Source of the DNA: an uncultured virus (IMG/VR IMGVR_UViG_3300044825_003205)
Lineage: Duplodnaviria > Heunggongvirae > Uroviricota > Caudoviricetes
Length of the DNA: 64,000 nt
Reading direction: 5' to 3' (one strand)
Virus record (IMG/VR): IMGVR_UViG_3300044825_003205
Location: 62,001-126,000 of that record
A program made the position numbers and the translations under genes. This document shows, piece after piece, positions 42,515-51,505 of this stretch (positions are counted from its first letter, which is position 1; every line of letters begins with the position of its first letter). Below the pieces are notes generated by a model. It searched no databases and was not told where the DNA came from. It was given only the letters and a program-made list of their open reading frames with translations.

Positions 42515-44028
42515 TGTCTAAACAACTATTTTTTCAATGCGAAGTCTTGAATAATCAAGACCCTCTTATGCTCGGAAGAGTAAGGGCTAGATTAATTTCG
42601 GATAACTATCAGGACATGATTAAGTCTTTTGATAGACCACCATGGAATGAACAGAAAGACCCATGGACCGAAAGAGACCCATTCGTATTTAATCCATTAT
42701 TACCCTATTTCATCTATCAAGTCCCTCAAGTTGGAGAATTAATTAATGTCCTGTATTACAATTCAGATTTTCAATATAGAAATCAATATTATGTACAAGC
42801 TACTTACTCAACACCCACAACATCAAATTTTGAATATTATGTAGGTGGACTAAAATTCAATGGGTGGGGTGTACAGTTTACCAACCCTAAACCAATAAAA
42901 AACGCCGATGGAAGTTATGAGAATAATACTTCAAAAGGCGTATTCCCAGAACCTGGTGATAATTCAATTTTAGGAAGAGGAAATTCTGACGTTGTTGTAA
43001 AACCAAACGGAGTATTAATTCGTTCAAATAAGTATAAAGGAGAGCTCATTCCGAATGTATTACCTGTTGCAAATAACAAAGGTGGTTTCTTACATTTAGA
43101 AAAATTTGATTTTACCAAAACAAAAGATAAAAAGAAGACCTATACTGAACTTATTGAAGACATTGTCGTTTGTAAATATTTGATTGAATATTCTATAATA
43201 AATCCCGAGAATGAACAAAATAGTTACACTGGTTTTGTGTTTCTTTATAAATTGAGACCTGACCAAAAAGTTAACTCTCAGGAATTGAAAGTTGATTCAA
43301 ATGTTGATAATTTAAAATCTTTGATAATTTCAGAACCATTCAGAGCATTGACACTCGACCAAACTGCTGAATTTATAAATGGGTTTATAAATGAAATAAA
43401 TTCAAAAAATAAGTTTAAAGGTAGAGAATTATTTACTGATGAATCAGTCAATAAGTTCCCTATTTTCTATAGACCCACGCCTGACTTTTACAATCTAATT
43501 TCATCCAATCCATCCCCAACAACTGCAAACATAAGTTATCTATTTGCAAACAAACTTTATAATAGAATAAAATTAAACGTTGAGTCTCCAAATAGTGGGT
43601 ATGGTTTGATATACGCCCAAAATAAAGTAGGATTACCATTCAAATTGAATAGAACTAATATTCAAAGTTACAAATACCCCAACAACCCCCAAACATTCGG
43701 AAGCTTTGCGGCAGACAAAGTTTTTTTACTTTCACAGGTTTCTTCAATTCCAGGTAAAGGAGTTATCAACTTTGACGGCACAGTTTATGGTATTTCTGCG
43801 GATAAATACATCAAAGAAATTATACCTAAAACTTCAAGTTCAGTCAGGGGAGAAGAACTTATGGAACTATTAAACTTAATAGTTAGTTTTTTACTTACAC
43901 ATACACACAACTATCCTATGTTACCTCCAAACCCAAAATCTTATGCCGGTGTTACGGCTGAAGATGTATTGACAGAGATACAAAATGCAACAAATAAAAT
44001 TCTTAATGCCAATATAAGACTGAATTGA
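42514..44028 (+). CDS. baseplate hub/central spike protein (T4 gp5/gpV-like)
   Basis: N-terminal OB-fold pattern V.NNQDPLMLGRVRA...PLLP....PQVGE.INV; C-terminal VRGEEL..LL...LTHTH spike-tip motif. Confidence 0.65.
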   Translation: MSKQLFFQCEVLNNQDPLMLGRVRARLISDNYQDMIKSFDRPPWNEQKDPWTERDPFVFNPLLPYFIYQVPQVGELINVLYYNSDFQYRNQYYVQATYSTPTTSNFEYYVGGLKFNGWGVQFTNPKPIKNADGSYENNTSKGVFPEPGDNSILGRGNSDVVVKPNGVLIRSNKYKGELIPNVLPVANNKGGFLHLEKFDFTKTKDKKKTYTELIEDIVVCKYLIEYSIINPENEQNSYTGFVFLYKLRPDQKVNSQELKVDSNVDNLKSLIISEPFRALTLDQTAEFINGFINEINSKNKFKGRELFTDESVNKFPIFYRPTPDFYNLISSNPSPTTANISYLFANKLYNRIKLNVESPNSGYGLIYAQNKVGLPFKLNRTNIQSYKYPNNPQTFGSFAADKVFLLSQVSSIPGKGVINFDGTVYGISADKYIKEIIPKTSSSVRGEELMELLNLIVSFLLTHTHNYPMLPPNPKSYAGVTAEDVLTEIQNATNKILNANIRLN

Positions 44029-44047
44029 TATTTATGTAAAAAGATAA

Positions 44048-45550
44048 ATGTCAATACTTAGGTCATACGTTAATAGAAATAACACAATAATTTCAGATTC
44101 ATATGCAAACACGGCAAGAAATCCCGTGATGCAATTGAATTTTGGTTCTTCGGATTTAATTGCTCCAAGTTACGGTTATACCAGATTTATATTTGATTTG
44201 GATTTAGATTATTTGAGACAACAAATACAAAGCGGATATATTTCAACAGGTTGTACGACTGGTATGACCCATATTTTTCAAATGACAAATACATCATCTT
44301 TCGATGAGGATTTGATTAACGAAGATATGAGTGATGGTAAAAGAAGAGCATCTTCTTTCGATTTGATTTTGTTCAGAATACCTAAAACCTCGGGAACAAC
44401 CGGAAACATCCAGCCTTGGGACGAGGGAGTAGGTTACGATTATACAGAATCGAATAAAAACCAAAATGGTTTGATGGGTGGATTATATCCAATAACATAT
44501 GTAGACCCAAGGTCGTATTCAGACAGACCTTCAAATTGGTATTTAACTACAAATGTATCTGAGTGGTCTCAAGAGGGAATATACAACAACAGAAATTTGG
44601 GGATTGTAAATTATTCCGCACTTACAATTGTAGATAGACAACACTTCGAATTCGGTAATGAAGATATCAATTTTGATATGAGTGATGAAATCAACAATAT
44701 CTTGTTTGGAAATTTAACAGGTGTTACAGGATGGGGTATCGCGTATCTACCTGATGTCGAAAACATAAGCGGATTGACAATTTCATACAGTGTGGGATTC
44801 TTTACCAGACACACACAAACTTTTTATCAACCATTTTTACAGACAACATACAACGACTTAATCGAAGATGACAGAAATATTTTTGTCAAAAATCAAACTA
44901 ATAATTTATACTTATACATTTATCAAAATGGAGTACCAGTAAATTTAGATAATTTACCAACAGTCAGAATCGAGGATAGATTAGGTGACCCTGTTTCAGG
45001 TATGACATCATTATCCACATGTTTAAGAACAAAAGGGGTTTATGAGGTTACAGTTCCAAACGGTTTTACGGGATACTCATCACCTTGTGAATTTTATGAT
45101 ATATGGTCAGGATTAACTCTGAACGGACAACCTTTATCGAACGTTCAAAATCAATTTGTCCTTCAAGATTATTCTGCTAGAGTACAAATTGGTACAAACA
45201 CTAAAGAGCCTGAAAAATTCGGATTCGACTTTTATGGAATATTACAAAATGAAAAAATATTAAATACCGATATCAGAAAAGTTGGTGTAACTATTAAAAA
45301 GTCCTACAGCACACAACAACTATTACAGAACTTAGAATCCTTTTATCGTATCTACGTTAGAGAAGGGAATACTGAAGTTCAAGTACAAGATTGGACCCCA
45401 ATCAATAGAACACCAAATGAATATTATTTCATGTTCGATACAAGAGATAAAATTCCTAACCAATACTATGTCGATATCAAAGTCAACATAAGTGGTGATG
45501 TAGATACTTATAAGAAACAATTAACATTTCAAATTGTTAACAAAAAATGA
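44048..45550 (+). CDS. putative structural protein (beta-rich; WDEG.G.D motif)
   Basis: 500 aa ORF with the TATTTAT motif upstream; rich in [ST][GA]xT. Confidence 0.6.
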   Translation: MSILRSYVNRNNTIISDSYANTARNPVMQLNFGSSDLIAPSYGYTRFIFDLDLDYLRQQIQSGYISTGCTTGMTHIFQMTNTSSFDEDLINEDMSDGKRRASSFDLILFRIPKTSGTTGNIQPWDEGVGYDYTESNKNQNGLMGGLYPITYVDPRSYSDRPSNWYLTTNVSEWSQEGIYNNRNLGIVNYSALTIVDRQHFEFGNEDINFDMSDEINNILFGNLTGVTGWGIAYLPDVENISGLTISYSVGFFTRHTQTFYQPFLQTTYNDLIEDDRNIFVKNQTNNLYLYIYQNGVPVNLDNLPTVRIEDRLGDPVSGMTSLSTCLRTKGVYEVTVPNGFTGYSSPCEFYDIWSGLTLNGQPLSNVQNQFVLQDYSARVQIGTNTKEPEKFGFDFYGILQNEKILNTDIRKVGVTIKKSYSTQQLLQNLESFYRIYVREGNTEVQVQDWTPINRTPNEYYFMFDTRDKIPNQYYVDIKVNISGDVDTYKKQLTFQIVNKK

Positions 45551-46299
45551 TAAAGAAATTGAATGAACAAGTTAAAGCTCAAGCTAGCCCTAACAAAAAT
45601 GTAATTATAAATGGACAGGAGTATAAGTTAGAAGTAAAGAAAGGATTTGGGTGGATGGGAGTAAATGTTGATAAACTTGTTCCAACTAAGGACGGGTGGC
45701 AAGTTACAGCAAGTAAATTAGGAATGAGTCAGACAGACTTAGTCCCTCAAGATACAATAAATTTAGTAGTAAAAAACATAGGACAACCCATGATAGATTT
45801 AGGAGGTAAAACACCAAAAAGATTGGTTAAGGTAAACGAAAATAAAGTTGTAAAGTTTACAGAAAAAGATTTAACTAATCTTGTTAGTAGAGTGCTAAAA
45901 GAACAGAAAGAGAATTATATGTTCTTCTCTAATTTGATGCAAATTAGAAGACAATGTGATATGATGCTAAAAATGGACCATGAGCAAATCGACCAAATTA
46001 TACAAGATGGTCATGATTGGGCGGATGACCATGTTAGTGAGGCTAAAACAAACTTAGACCAAGTTTTTGATTTCTTTATGAACGAGACAAGGAAAAGAGA
46101 AAGTTATGCAGAATTTGAAGAACTAAGTGAAGGAAAGAAAAAAACAGGAAGTAAATTATGTTCTCGAGGTAAAGCCGCTGCTAAGTCTAAGTTTAAAGTA
46201 TATCCTTCAGCTTATGCAAATGGATATGCCGTACAAGTTTGTAAAGGAAAAATTAAAGGATTGGACGGAAAAAAACAATGCTCAGGTACCTATTGTTAA
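45547..46299 (+). CDS. modular hypothetical protein with C-terminal Cys/basic module (KLC.RG..AA..KFKVYPSAYANG)
   Basis: Modules separated by LNE, VNE, LKE and LSE. Confidence 0.65.
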   Translation: MIKKLNEQVKAQASPNKNVIINGQEYKLEVKKGFGWMGVNVDKLVPTKDGWQVTASKLGMSQTDLVPQDTINLVVKNIGQPMIDLGGKTPKRLVKVNENKVVKFTEKDLTNLVSRVLKEQKENYMFFSNLMQIRRQCDMMLKMDHEQIDQIIQDGHDWADDHVSEAKTNLDQVFDFFMNETRKRESYAEFEELSEGKKKTGSKLCSRGKAAAKSKFKVYPSAYANGYAVQVCKGKIKGLDGKKQCSGTYC

Positions 46300-46326
46300 T
46301 TCAATTGAAATTATTATATTTTCAAA

Positions 46327-46734
46327 ATGAAGGTCAATAAACCATTAGGATTACTTTTTAGGGTTTATCTTCATCTTAGAGATAAATTCAATCCAAAACC
46401 AATAATCTCAGAAGAAGAAAAATATGCAATATCTATTGCAAAAAATCTAATTGTTATTCCAACAACAAAACTTTTGTTTGCTCCAATCTCTAACAAAAGA
46501 TTTATACATAATGATGAAAAAAACATCTACATTGTAGGTGAAGCTAGAAACTTAACAATCATTAATCACACGTATAGTTATAGCATTTATATAGAAAGTG
46601 ATGAACTATATGAGTCTTTCGTTAATGAATTTAACGAAGAAATGGAAACAAGAAGACTAATTTTAGAAAACGAAATAAAAAATAATATTAAGTATTCACT
46701 CAAAAATATATTAGATACTGTTTCGTCTTCTTAA
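46327..46734 (+). CDS. hypothetical protein
   Basis: 135 aa ORF preceded by TATATTTT. Confidence 0.6.
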   Translation: MKVNKPLGLLFRVYLHLRDKFNPKPIISEEEKYAISIAKNLIVIPTTKLLFAPISNKRFIHNDEKNIYIVGEARNLTIINHTYSYSIYIESDELYESFVNEFNEEMETRRLILENEIKNNIKYSLKNILDTVSSS

Positions 46735-47412
46735 ATTTTCTTTCAATACTTTTTTTATCAATTCTCTTACTGATTCATTTTTCTTTTTTGGTTTGTAAGA
46801 AACCATTTTTGGTTTGTTTCCCGTACCTGATTTAGGATTTGTTTTTTCTGCCTTCCTTTTTTGAGCACACGCCGATTTTTTTTGTGAATCGGTCATTTTT
46901 GATGCAACACTTCTAGCCCTACATTTTGGGTATCCCTTACTTTCTGCTTCTGACCTACCACACGGGGGATGACCACCGCCTTCTTTTTTTCTACAAATAT
47001 TAACCCATGGACCTTGAGGTTGAGAACTACCTTTCTTCTTTTTCTTAGTGCCGAACCATACAGCCAAATCTTCTTTTAGAAAATTGATTTCTTTAGGAGG
47101 TAAACCTGATGATGTAGGATTCAAACCACTTCCTTCTTCGTCATTCTGACCTGTATAAAATTTTTTTAGATACATAGTTGCATTTGATAATTTTTTAGTT
47201 TTTCTTTCGATGGACGCCCTTTTTTCGGGTGACTCTTTAAAATCTCCATCCGCCTCTTCATATGCCAACTCAGCATTAGAATAAGTGTAAACTGGTTCTA
47301 TAAAAGGACCTAATTGGTCGTCCTCCCATTTTTGTGGTACTAATACTATTGGTACTTTAAATTTACCTGAACTTCCTGAGCTTGTAGCTTCACTGATTCC
47401 ATTTTTTTTCAT
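46711..47412 (-). CDS. modular basic Cys-containing protein (DUF5872-like region)
   Basis: EDLAVWF...WVNI.......PCGR......YPKC motif; late motif upstream. Confidence 0.6.
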   Translation of the reverse strand: MKKNGISEATSSGSSGKFKVPIVLVPQKWEDDQLGPFIEPVYTYSNAELAYEEADGDFKESPEKRASIERKTKKLSNATMYLKKFYTGQNDEEGSGLNPTSSGLPPKEINFLKEDLAVWFGTKKKKKGSSQPQGPWVNICRKKEGGGHPPCGRSEAESKGYPKCRARSVASKMTDSQKKSACAQKRKAEKTNPKSGTGNKPKMVSYKPKKKNESVRELIKKVLKENLRRRNSI

Positions 47413-47439
47413 ATATTATAAATATCTTAATTAAGAAGT

Positions 47440-47703
47440 ATGGAAAAAGAACAACCTCAAGGTTTTTTATTTGATAGTATTGCTTTTTATTCTGAAGAGT
47501 CTGTCGAAAATATGATTAATAATTTAGACAAAAAAACGGTATACTACGTCCTGACTCAAGCATTGGCTTATGCCCATACAAAAAATGTCTTTTCACTAAC
47601 AGAATCAGAAATAATTTCCAAGTCTTTGAGGATACTTAATAAAGAAATATATTCTTATGATGACACAACAGGACAAAGCGCAAGTAATATCGAGAATAAT
47701 TGA
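47440..47703 (+). CDS. hypothetical protein
   Basis: 87 aa ORF (FSLTESEIISKSLR). Confidence 0.6.
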   Translation: MEKEQPQGFLFDSIAFYSEESVENMINNLDKKTVYYVLTQALAYAHTKNVFSLTESEIISKSLRILNKEIYSYDDTTGQSASNIENN

Positions 47704-47872
47704 ATTAGAATTAGAAATCACTCGTGCTGTGATAGGTGGACACAAACCAAGTGGTAATGATAAATTCGAAGATAAAAGACAGGAGTTAACTCTACTACGT
47801 TGTTTGTATTTTGGATATCGAACAAAATTTTGTAATATAAAAAAGGGGTTTCATGGAACCCCTTTTTCTTAG
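47657..47872 (+). CDS. small hypothetical protein
   Basis: 71 aa ORF overlapping the previous gene; its end runs through a terminator hairpin. Confidence 0.4.
   Translation: MMTQQDKAQVISRIIELELEITRAVIGGHKPSGNDKFEDKRQELTLLRCLYFGYRTKFCNIKKGFHGTPFS
47840..47867 (+). terminator. intrinsic terminator
   Basis: AAAAAGGGGTT-TCATGG-AACCCCTTTTT. Confidence 0.75.
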
Positions 47873-47936
47873 AATAATTTTCAGAAAAAAATAGGTTAAT
47901 TATTTTTTAATTTTTATTTTTGCTGAAAGAATTTAT

Positions 47937-48314
47937 ATGATTAAATGGATAATCCTTTTATTTTGGATTTCAAACCCCTTTTTTACCCGTTCTCAGTCGA
48001 TTGAATACGTTGGTCCAATCAATGAGGAAATAACCAAAATAATGACACCTGGTGAGCTTGTATTGTATTCTGAGTGTATTGTTGCTATAGGTAAAGAACG
48101 AGAGCACCTAAAATGGGTCGATACTAAAACACAGATTTCTTTTCTAAAGAATCAAAAAAAATTTAATCACCTTTCTGTTTCAATAAATTCTACTGACAAA
48201 GTTACTCAACTAAAATACTTTAAAGGTGTACAAAAGCTTGGTGAAGAAAAAGTCCTTTTGTCTTTGAATAGAAAAGTAAATCAGAGTTTTATCGAGGTTT
48301 TTCTTTTTTATTGA
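47937..48314 (+). CDS. hypothetical exported/membrane protein
   Basis: Signal-peptide-like N-terminus MIKWIILLFWIS...SQS; TATTTTTG (TAnnTTTG) at 47915-47922. Confidence 0.55.
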   Translation: MIKWIILLFWISNPFFTRSQSIEYVGPINEEITKIMTPGELVLYSECIVAIGKEREHLKWVDTKTQISFLKNQKKFNHLSVSINSTDKVTQLKYFKGVQKLGEEKVLLSLNRKVNQSFIEVFLFY

Positions 48315-49576
48315 GGAGTAACCTTCAACAAATTTTGAAGATTCTCTAAATCTTTTTTTGTCACTTTGTAGTCCCTAACAAAATCTTTCCATGGTAATCC
48401 TTGAAATCTTTTGAATCGTCTAAATTCTGATAATTTATCAGAGGGAAAATTAAACGAACCATTTTCAACAAACTTGTAAAGTTGAAGTAAAGTTTTAGGG
48501 TCAATACCCTCTTCATTATATTTTATATCAAAAATGGGAGTTGATTTGAAAATTGGTGATTGAACCTTTTTTTCAGAATCGTAAATTGATGTGACTTCCC
48601 CACACTTATTCATCTTGAGAAGTTCAATAGGTTGCTCTGTATTTTTCAAACTTTTCCCTGCTGTTATGAAAGTGGGTTCTAATAACACATCACCGTTTGT
48701 ATTGATAATTGTTATGTGGGCAGGGTCACTGTGACACTTGGTCAATGCACACCCAAAAGTTAACGTAATTTCATCAGGGTTCTTGGATAGTATATTTTTT
48801 TTCTGTTCTTCTGAAACAAACAATTTGACCTCTACTGAAGGACCACTTGTTTCTTTACCTGTCCCATTATTCAAATTTATACTCGAGTCTCCATTTTCAG
48901 TGGTTAGTTGAATTCCATTTGCCCACATATAAAAAACTGCCTCGTTACATTTATGACATCTACTTTCATCAACATCAGGTTTACACCATTCCTTTTTATA
49001 ATCAACAATAATGTAAAAACCTAAATCACAGAATTCTTCTTCCTTTTCTGCTGATGTCAAAATATTGAATGACACATATTGCCAACGTGTATACCTATCC
49101 TGTGATGCTAACGCCTTGATTTGTTCTGTTGTTGCTTTCTCAGGTGGGTTCCAATCGGGACCTTGTGCACCTAAATCTTTCAAAACAATTTTAACATTCT
49201 GAGGTAATTTTCCTTTGAGGTATTTTTCCATTTGTTCACCTCTTTTTTTAGAAAGTTCACCTGTTTTCAAACTCACGCCACTGTTAGGGACTTTAGATTC
49301 AGATGACTCAATTTCGACTTCAATTTTTTGATTCTTCGGAAATTCTTTGAGATACTCATTCATCTGACCTACAACCTCATCTACAGCTTCTTTATTGAAA
49401 TTAACATAATCACCACTTACAAAAGTATTATTTGGTAAAGTAAATCTTTTTGGTTCTGATTTTACAGTTTTTAATGTTTGTTCATTCAGTAAGTAATGTC
49501 TTTTAGTTGCAGACTTATGGATTTCTAGAATTCTATTGTATTCTTGAGCATTTATATTGAATAACGAGTTGAACAT
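48308..49576 (-). CDS. protein with OmpA-like (peptidoglycan-binding-like) region
   Basis: F.SG.Y....I.IESSES.VPN....LSKKRG..M..YL pattern. Start moved to ATG 49576. Confidence 0.45.
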   Translation of the reverse strand: MFNSLFNINAQEYNRILEIHKSATKRHYLLNEQTLKTVKSEPKRFTLPNNTFVSGDYVNFNKEAVDEVVGQMNEYLKEFPKNQKIEVEIESSESKVPNSGVSLKTGELSKKRGEQMEKYLKGKLPQNVKIVLKDLGAQGPDWNPPEKATTEQIKALASQDRYTRWQYVSFNILTSAEKEEEFCDLGFYIIVDYKKEWCKPDVDESRCHKCNEAVFYMWANGIQLTTENGDSSINLNNGTGKETSGPSVEVKLFVSEEQKKNILSKNPDEITLTFGCALTKCHSDPAHITIINTNGDVLLEPTFITAGKSLKNTEQPIELLKMNKCGEVTSIYDSEKKVQSPIFKSTPIFDIKYNEEGIDPKTLLQLYKFVENGSFNFPSDKLSEFRRFKRFQGLPWKDFVRDYKVTKKDLENLQNLLKVTPQ

Positions 49577-49627
49577 TGTGATAAAATATATTATAATAAG
49601 TATCATTATTTTATAATATAAATAAAA

Positions 49628-49655
49628 AAAGGGGACAATAAACATTGTCCCCTTT
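49628..49655 (-). terminator. intrinsic terminator after the major capsid gene
   Basis: AAAGGGGACAAT-AAAC-ATTGTCCCCTTT with a T-run on the minus strand. Confidence 0.85.
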
Positions 49656-49675
49656 GTATTTTGGTTCAGACCATA

Positions 49676-51475
49676 TTATCTCAACTCTTTCAAATCGAAT
49701 GTTCTAACGCCATCAACTGTGATTCTACCATAGAATCTGTTGTTCACCATTTTCTTAGCGTATCTAGTCATGATACCTTTGATTGGTGTAAAGTTGAATG
49801 GATTATACATTGTTGGTGTAAGTTGTAAAGGAACATATGGTGCGTAGATGTAACCAGTGTCTAATAGAGACGTTCCTTTGTGACCAAGAAGAACTTGGTT
49901 AGCTGGGAAGTAAGGGTCTCTATAAACTTGATAACGTCCTGCAAGAGTACCAACTCTTTCAATACCCATGTTATATTGGTCTTGCTCAGGAGCTGCGTTT
50001 GAAACGTGGAAATACTCCAAGTCATCAAAAATCGCAGAAATTTCTGAAGATACTACAATCCAGTTAGCACCACCTCTAAGAGTTGATTTGTGGATTTGTG
50101 CAGAAATTTGGTTGATTGCTGTGATAAGAGTTTGGTTCCAGTCTTTCTGAGTATAAGGAACAGCGTTAGTTCCCAATCTCTTCCAACCGTTGTAATCCCA
50201 TCTTAAGTTCCAAGCCGCACCTTTTCTAAGGTCTCTCAAGATTTCTCTATCGATTTCAGCCGCAACTTGCTCAGACAATAAAGCTGTCAATTCAGCTTCA
50301 GCGTCGATGTTGTGGAAAGCCGCAACGTCTTGTGCCATTTCTGGTGACCATTGAGCTCTTAATTTTCTTTCAGTCACAGAAACTGTTACTGATTGAAGGT
50401 CAAATGAAACCTCACCAATTCTATCTTCAAATTCCAAGTTTTTGTAGATTCTATAAACAGGAACAAACGCATTGTTGTTTCCATTTGTAGACACAAAAGT
50501 AGAACCTGAATAACCATCAAGTGAGTTTTGTCCGACAGTACAAGGAACTTGTAAGTCAACCTCCAAGTAGATGTCACCATTTACATCACAAAGGTTGTCA
50601 TATTGACCACCACCTGTTCTAGAGTTAGGGAACGCTAAATTTGCATTGTTGTTACCATACTGAACAATACCTTTACCATATCTTTGAGTTACAACTCTGA
50701 AAAGATAAGGATTAGATGTATTAGCTGATGTGAAAACGTTATCTACAGAACCGTAAATAGTCAAATCAGACAAGAAAGATTCGTTATCAATTGGGTTACC
50801 GTCTGGACCGATTAATTTACCAGCAGCATCTGACGCAAAACCTGACATGATAATCAATACTTTTCTGTATGTATTTTCTGTATATGCAGCTGGTTCTAAA
50901 TTCAATGTTGTAGAATTCCAAGCTGCAGTAACTGCAGTACCTGTAACAGCAGAAAACTGACCTTTTGAATAATCAAACAAACCTGGTGGGTCTAATGCTG
51001 GTTCATTACCTTCGTAAAATCTATCATAAAGGTCTCTACCTTGATTATAGTTATAACCTTCATTTGGTGTTTGGTCTGCCTCCATATTTGGAGAACCGTA
51101 AGGTGCATAGTGTCTGTTAGGTACACCTGTGTCTACGTAATTTTGAATTTGAGGTACAAAATAGAACAATTTACCGATAGGTAAGTTCATTGCTTGTACA
51201 GATACGATGTCGTTAGCCAATAACTTAGAGAATACTCTTCTGATTATTGGAAATACAACTGTTTCGAAAGAACCTGAGTCAGAAGTTGTTGAAGCTTCGT
51301 TTATCAAGTGTGAAGCTTGGTTTTCATACAACTGAGCTACGTTCTCTTTCATGTGACCCTTAAGTCCTTCTAGGAAACCTAAGTTGTCCCATTTGTTAAT
51401 TGTGTCTTCTTTGATAACTTTAAGGTGCTTAAGACCAATATTACCAACAAGACCTGATTCTAATAAAGCTCCCAT
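49676..51475 (-). CDS. major capsid protein (T4 gp23-like)
   Basis: LYENQ, P.IRRVF..L.ANDIVSVQ.M..P.G..F, RKLRAQWSPEMAQD..A.H.IDAE.EL, EIDREI, YAPYVPL, GIMTRYA. Confidence 0.96.
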   Translation of the reverse strand: MGALLESGLVGNIGLKHLKVIKEDTINKWDNLGFLEGLKGHMKENVAQLYENQASHLINEASTTSDSGSFETVVFPIIRRVFSKLLANDIVSVQAMNLPIGKLFYFVPQIQNYVDTGVPNRHYAPYGSPNMEADQTPNEGYNYNQGRDLYDRFYEGNEPALDPPGLFDYSKGQFSAVTGTAVTAAWNSTTLNLEPAAYTENTYRKVLIIMSGFASDAAGKLIGPDGNPIDNESFLSDLTIYGSVDNVFTSANTSNPYLFRVVTQRYGKGIVQYGNNNANLAFPNSRTGGGQYDNLCDVNGDIYLEVDLQVPCTVGQNSLDGYSGSTFVSTNGNNNAFVPVYRIYKNLEFEDRIGEVSFDLQSVTVSVTERKLRAQWSPEMAQDVAAFHNIDAEAELTALLSEQVAAEIDREILRDLRKGAAWNLRWDYNGWKRLGTNAVPYTQKDWNQTLITAINQISAQIHKSTLRGGANWIVVSSEISAIFDDLEYFHVSNAAPEQDQYNMGIERVGTLAGRYQVYRDPYFPANQVLLGHKGTSLLDTGYIYAPYVPLQLTPTMYNPFNFTPIKGIMTRYAKKMVNNRFYGRITVDGVRTFDLKELR

Positions 51476-51505
51476 TTTTGTGAATTTTATTTTTCTTGTT
51501 TATTT

